DNA of 64,000 nt, taken from the NCBI RefSeq assembly GCF_902713615.1, contig NC_052160.1, positions 103,642,708 through 103,706,707 of the forward strand. Direction: 5' to 3'. Below, piece by piece: positions 61,555-64,000 of this stretch. The DNA is from Scyliorhinus canicula. Taxonomy: Eukaryota. Each line of letters opens with the position of its first letter. Within the stretch, counting starts at the first letter, position 1. The notes under the pieces are model-generated. The model searched no databases, was not told the origin of the DNA, and saw only the letters and a program-made list of their open reading frames with translations. A program made the translations under genes and the position numbers.

Positions 61555-63450
61555 AATTCAGGACTGGCATGTTCCTGCGAGGAAGGGGGGATCTGTACCG
61601 TTGGGACGGTCTCCACCTGAACTGATCTGGAACCAGTGTTCTAGCGAAGAGGATAAATAGGGTGGTCAGTAGGACTTTAAACTTCTGAGTTGGGGGGAAG
61701 GGAAAGTGAAAGCGACCGGGAGCATGGAGTTAAATGGCAAGATACGCAGGAGGATAACATGTAGGCAGGTGGATTTAAGCTTGAGGCAGACTAGGAATTC
61801 AACAAAAAGGAAAGATAACTTTGGACATCTTAGGACTTCCAATATCTGTAATGATAAGAAAGTTAGCATTAAGGCACTTTACCTGAATGCTCGTAGCATT
61901 TGTAACAAAGTAGACGAACTAATGGCACAGATCATCGTGAATGATTATGATGTGGTAGGCATCACAGAGACATGGCTGCAGGGGGTTCAGGACTGGCAGT
62001 TAAACATCCAAGGATATACAACCTATCGAAAAGACAGGGAGGTGGGCCGAGGGGGTGGGGTTGCCTTGTTAGTTAAGAACAAAATTAAATCTATGGCACT
62101 AAACGTCATAGGGTCAGATGATGTGGAGTCTGTGTGGGTAGAATTGAGGAACCACAAAGGCAAAAAAACCATAATGGGAGTTATGTACAGACCTCCTAAC
62201 AGTGGTCAGGACCAGGGGCGCAACATGTACCGGGAAATAGAAAAGGCATGTCAGAAAGGCAAGGTCATGGTGATCATGGGGGACTTCAATATGCAGGTGG
62301 ATTGGGTAAATAACGTAGCCAGTGGATCCAAAGAAAAGGAATTCATGGAATGCTTACAAGATGGCTTTTTGGAACAGCTTGTCATGGAGCCCACAAGGGT
62401 AAGGCTATTCTGGACCTAGTGCTATGTAATGAACCAGACTTTATAAAAGACCTTAAAGTAAGGGAACACTTAGGAAGCAGCGATCATAATATGGTTGAGT
62501 TCAGTCTGCAGTTTGAAAGAGAGAAGGCAAAATTGGATGTAATGGTGTTACAGTTAAATAAAGGTCATTACGAGGGCATGAGAGAGGAACTGGCGAAAAT
62601 CGACTGGAAGCAGACCCTAGTGGGGAAGACAGCAGAGCAAAAATGGCAGGAGTTTGTATGCATAATTGAGGACACTGTACAGAGGTTCATCCCCAAGAAA
62701 AGAAAGATTATCCGGGGAGGGATTAGACAGCCATGGCTGACAAAGGAGGTCGGGAAATGTATCAAAGAAAAAGAGAGATCCTATAAAGTGGCCAAAAGCA
62801 CTGGGAAATCAGAAGATTGGGAAGGCTACAAAAACAAACAGAGGTTAACAAAGAGACAAATAAGGAAGGAGAGGATCAAATATGAAGGCAGGCTAGCCAG
62901 TAATATAAGAAATGATTGTAAAAGTTTCTTTCAATACTACCAGAAGGATGTGGAGGATTTAGAGAGGGTGCAGAAGAGACTCACCAGGATGTTGCCTGGT
63001 ATGGAGGGCATTGGCTATGAGCGGTTGAATTAACTTGGTTGGTTCTCACTGGAACGACGGAGGTTGAGGGGCGACCTGATAGAGGTCTACAAAGTTATGA
63101 GGCGCATAGACAGAATGGATCATCAGAGGCTTTTCCCCAGGATAGACTGGTCAATTACTAGGGGGAATAGGTTTAAGGTGCGATGGGCAAGGTTTTGAGT
63201 AGATGTACGAGGCAAGTTTTTTACACAGAGGGTAGTGGGTGCCTGGAACTCACTGCCGGATGAGGTGGTGGGACGATAGTGACATTTAAGGGGCATCTTG
63301 ATAAATACATGAATAGGATGGGAATAGAGGGATACGGACCCAGGAAATGCAGAAGATTGTAATTTAGTCGGGCAGCATGGTCAGCACGGGCTTGGAGGGC
63401 TGAAGGGCCTGTTCCTGTGCTGTACGTTTCTTTGTTCTTTGTTCTTTGTT
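61555..63450 (+). mobile_element. Composite CR1: ORF1 end and endonuclease joined to a 3' tail; RT core absent
   Basis: DLYRWDGLHLN; YLNARSI, GITETWL, YRPP, GDFN, SDHN; junction SFFQY|YQKDVEDLERVQ at ~62937. Confidence 0.92.
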
Positions 63451-63687
63451 GGAGGAAACCCATGTAAACACAGGAAGAATGTGCAAACTTCACACAGTCA
63501 CCTGAGGTTAGAATTGAACCCGGGTCTCTGGCGCTGTGAGGCAGCAGTGCAAACTGCGCCACAGTGTCCCCCTAATGAAATTAAAAAATGAAAATCACTT
63601 ATTGTCACGAGTAGGCTTCAATGAAGTTACTGTGAAAAGCCCCTAGTCGCCACATTCCGGCGCCTGTCCGGGGAGGCTGGTACAGGC
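63450..63687 (-). mobile_element. V-SINE head fragment (63450-63572) and alternative-tail fragment (63575-63687)
   Basis: Reverse B-box gaattgaaccc; cttattgtcacgagtaggcttcaatgaagttactgtgaa. Confidence 0.8.
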
Positions 63688-64000
63688 CAATATATTGTTG
63701 ATATAAATTTTCCGACATGAGAGATATAGAGGCTCTTGTATCTACTCCTATTTTAACTTTCTGTGTGTCGCCTTGCATCGATAATACACCCTAATCTCCC
63801 TGGCATCTTGCTTTCCTAAGAATTTTCATTGTCTTCGGTTATTCTTTTTGAGGATTTGAGTGCGTTCTTTCGTTTACACAGCATCAAGGTTTGAGGATTT
63901 TGTCTGGCCAAGCACACCTTTTTTACATGACCTTTCTTGCCACAATTAAGACATTGTTTTCTTGACACTAGCATTCCTGTGGAGAATGCCCCATCTGGGC

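Overview
Repeat-dense, non-genic-looking vertebrate DNA, almost certainly from a shark (elasmobranch): it carries HE1-type V-SINEs and HER1/CR1 LINEs with (TTCTATG)n tails; a catshark-like genome is a weaker guess. I found no host protein-coding exon, RNA gene or CRISPR array that I can support. All long ORFs are transposon-derived: CR1 ORF1/ORF2, a second CR1/L2-superfamily LINE, Rex1/Babar, L1, Gypsy pol/integrase and a two-gene PIF/Harbinger element. The main items worth following up are: (1) a young, TSD-flanked, integrase-only Gypsy derivative (10659-12240) whose integrase is fused in frame to an LTR-derived ATG and has one nonsense codon; (2) a decayed Harbinger element (36011-39331; nuclease plus spliced Myb/SANT gene) and more than a dozen non-autonomous relatives with related TIRs, one packed with perfect hairpins; (3) CTCF-like motifs upstream of the TATA box in three unrelated LTRs; (4) local templated duplications and deeply nested insertions. 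I see no evidence of a new multi-gene host system. Family assignments come from motif recognition by eye, not database searches, and boundaries of old repeats are approximate.
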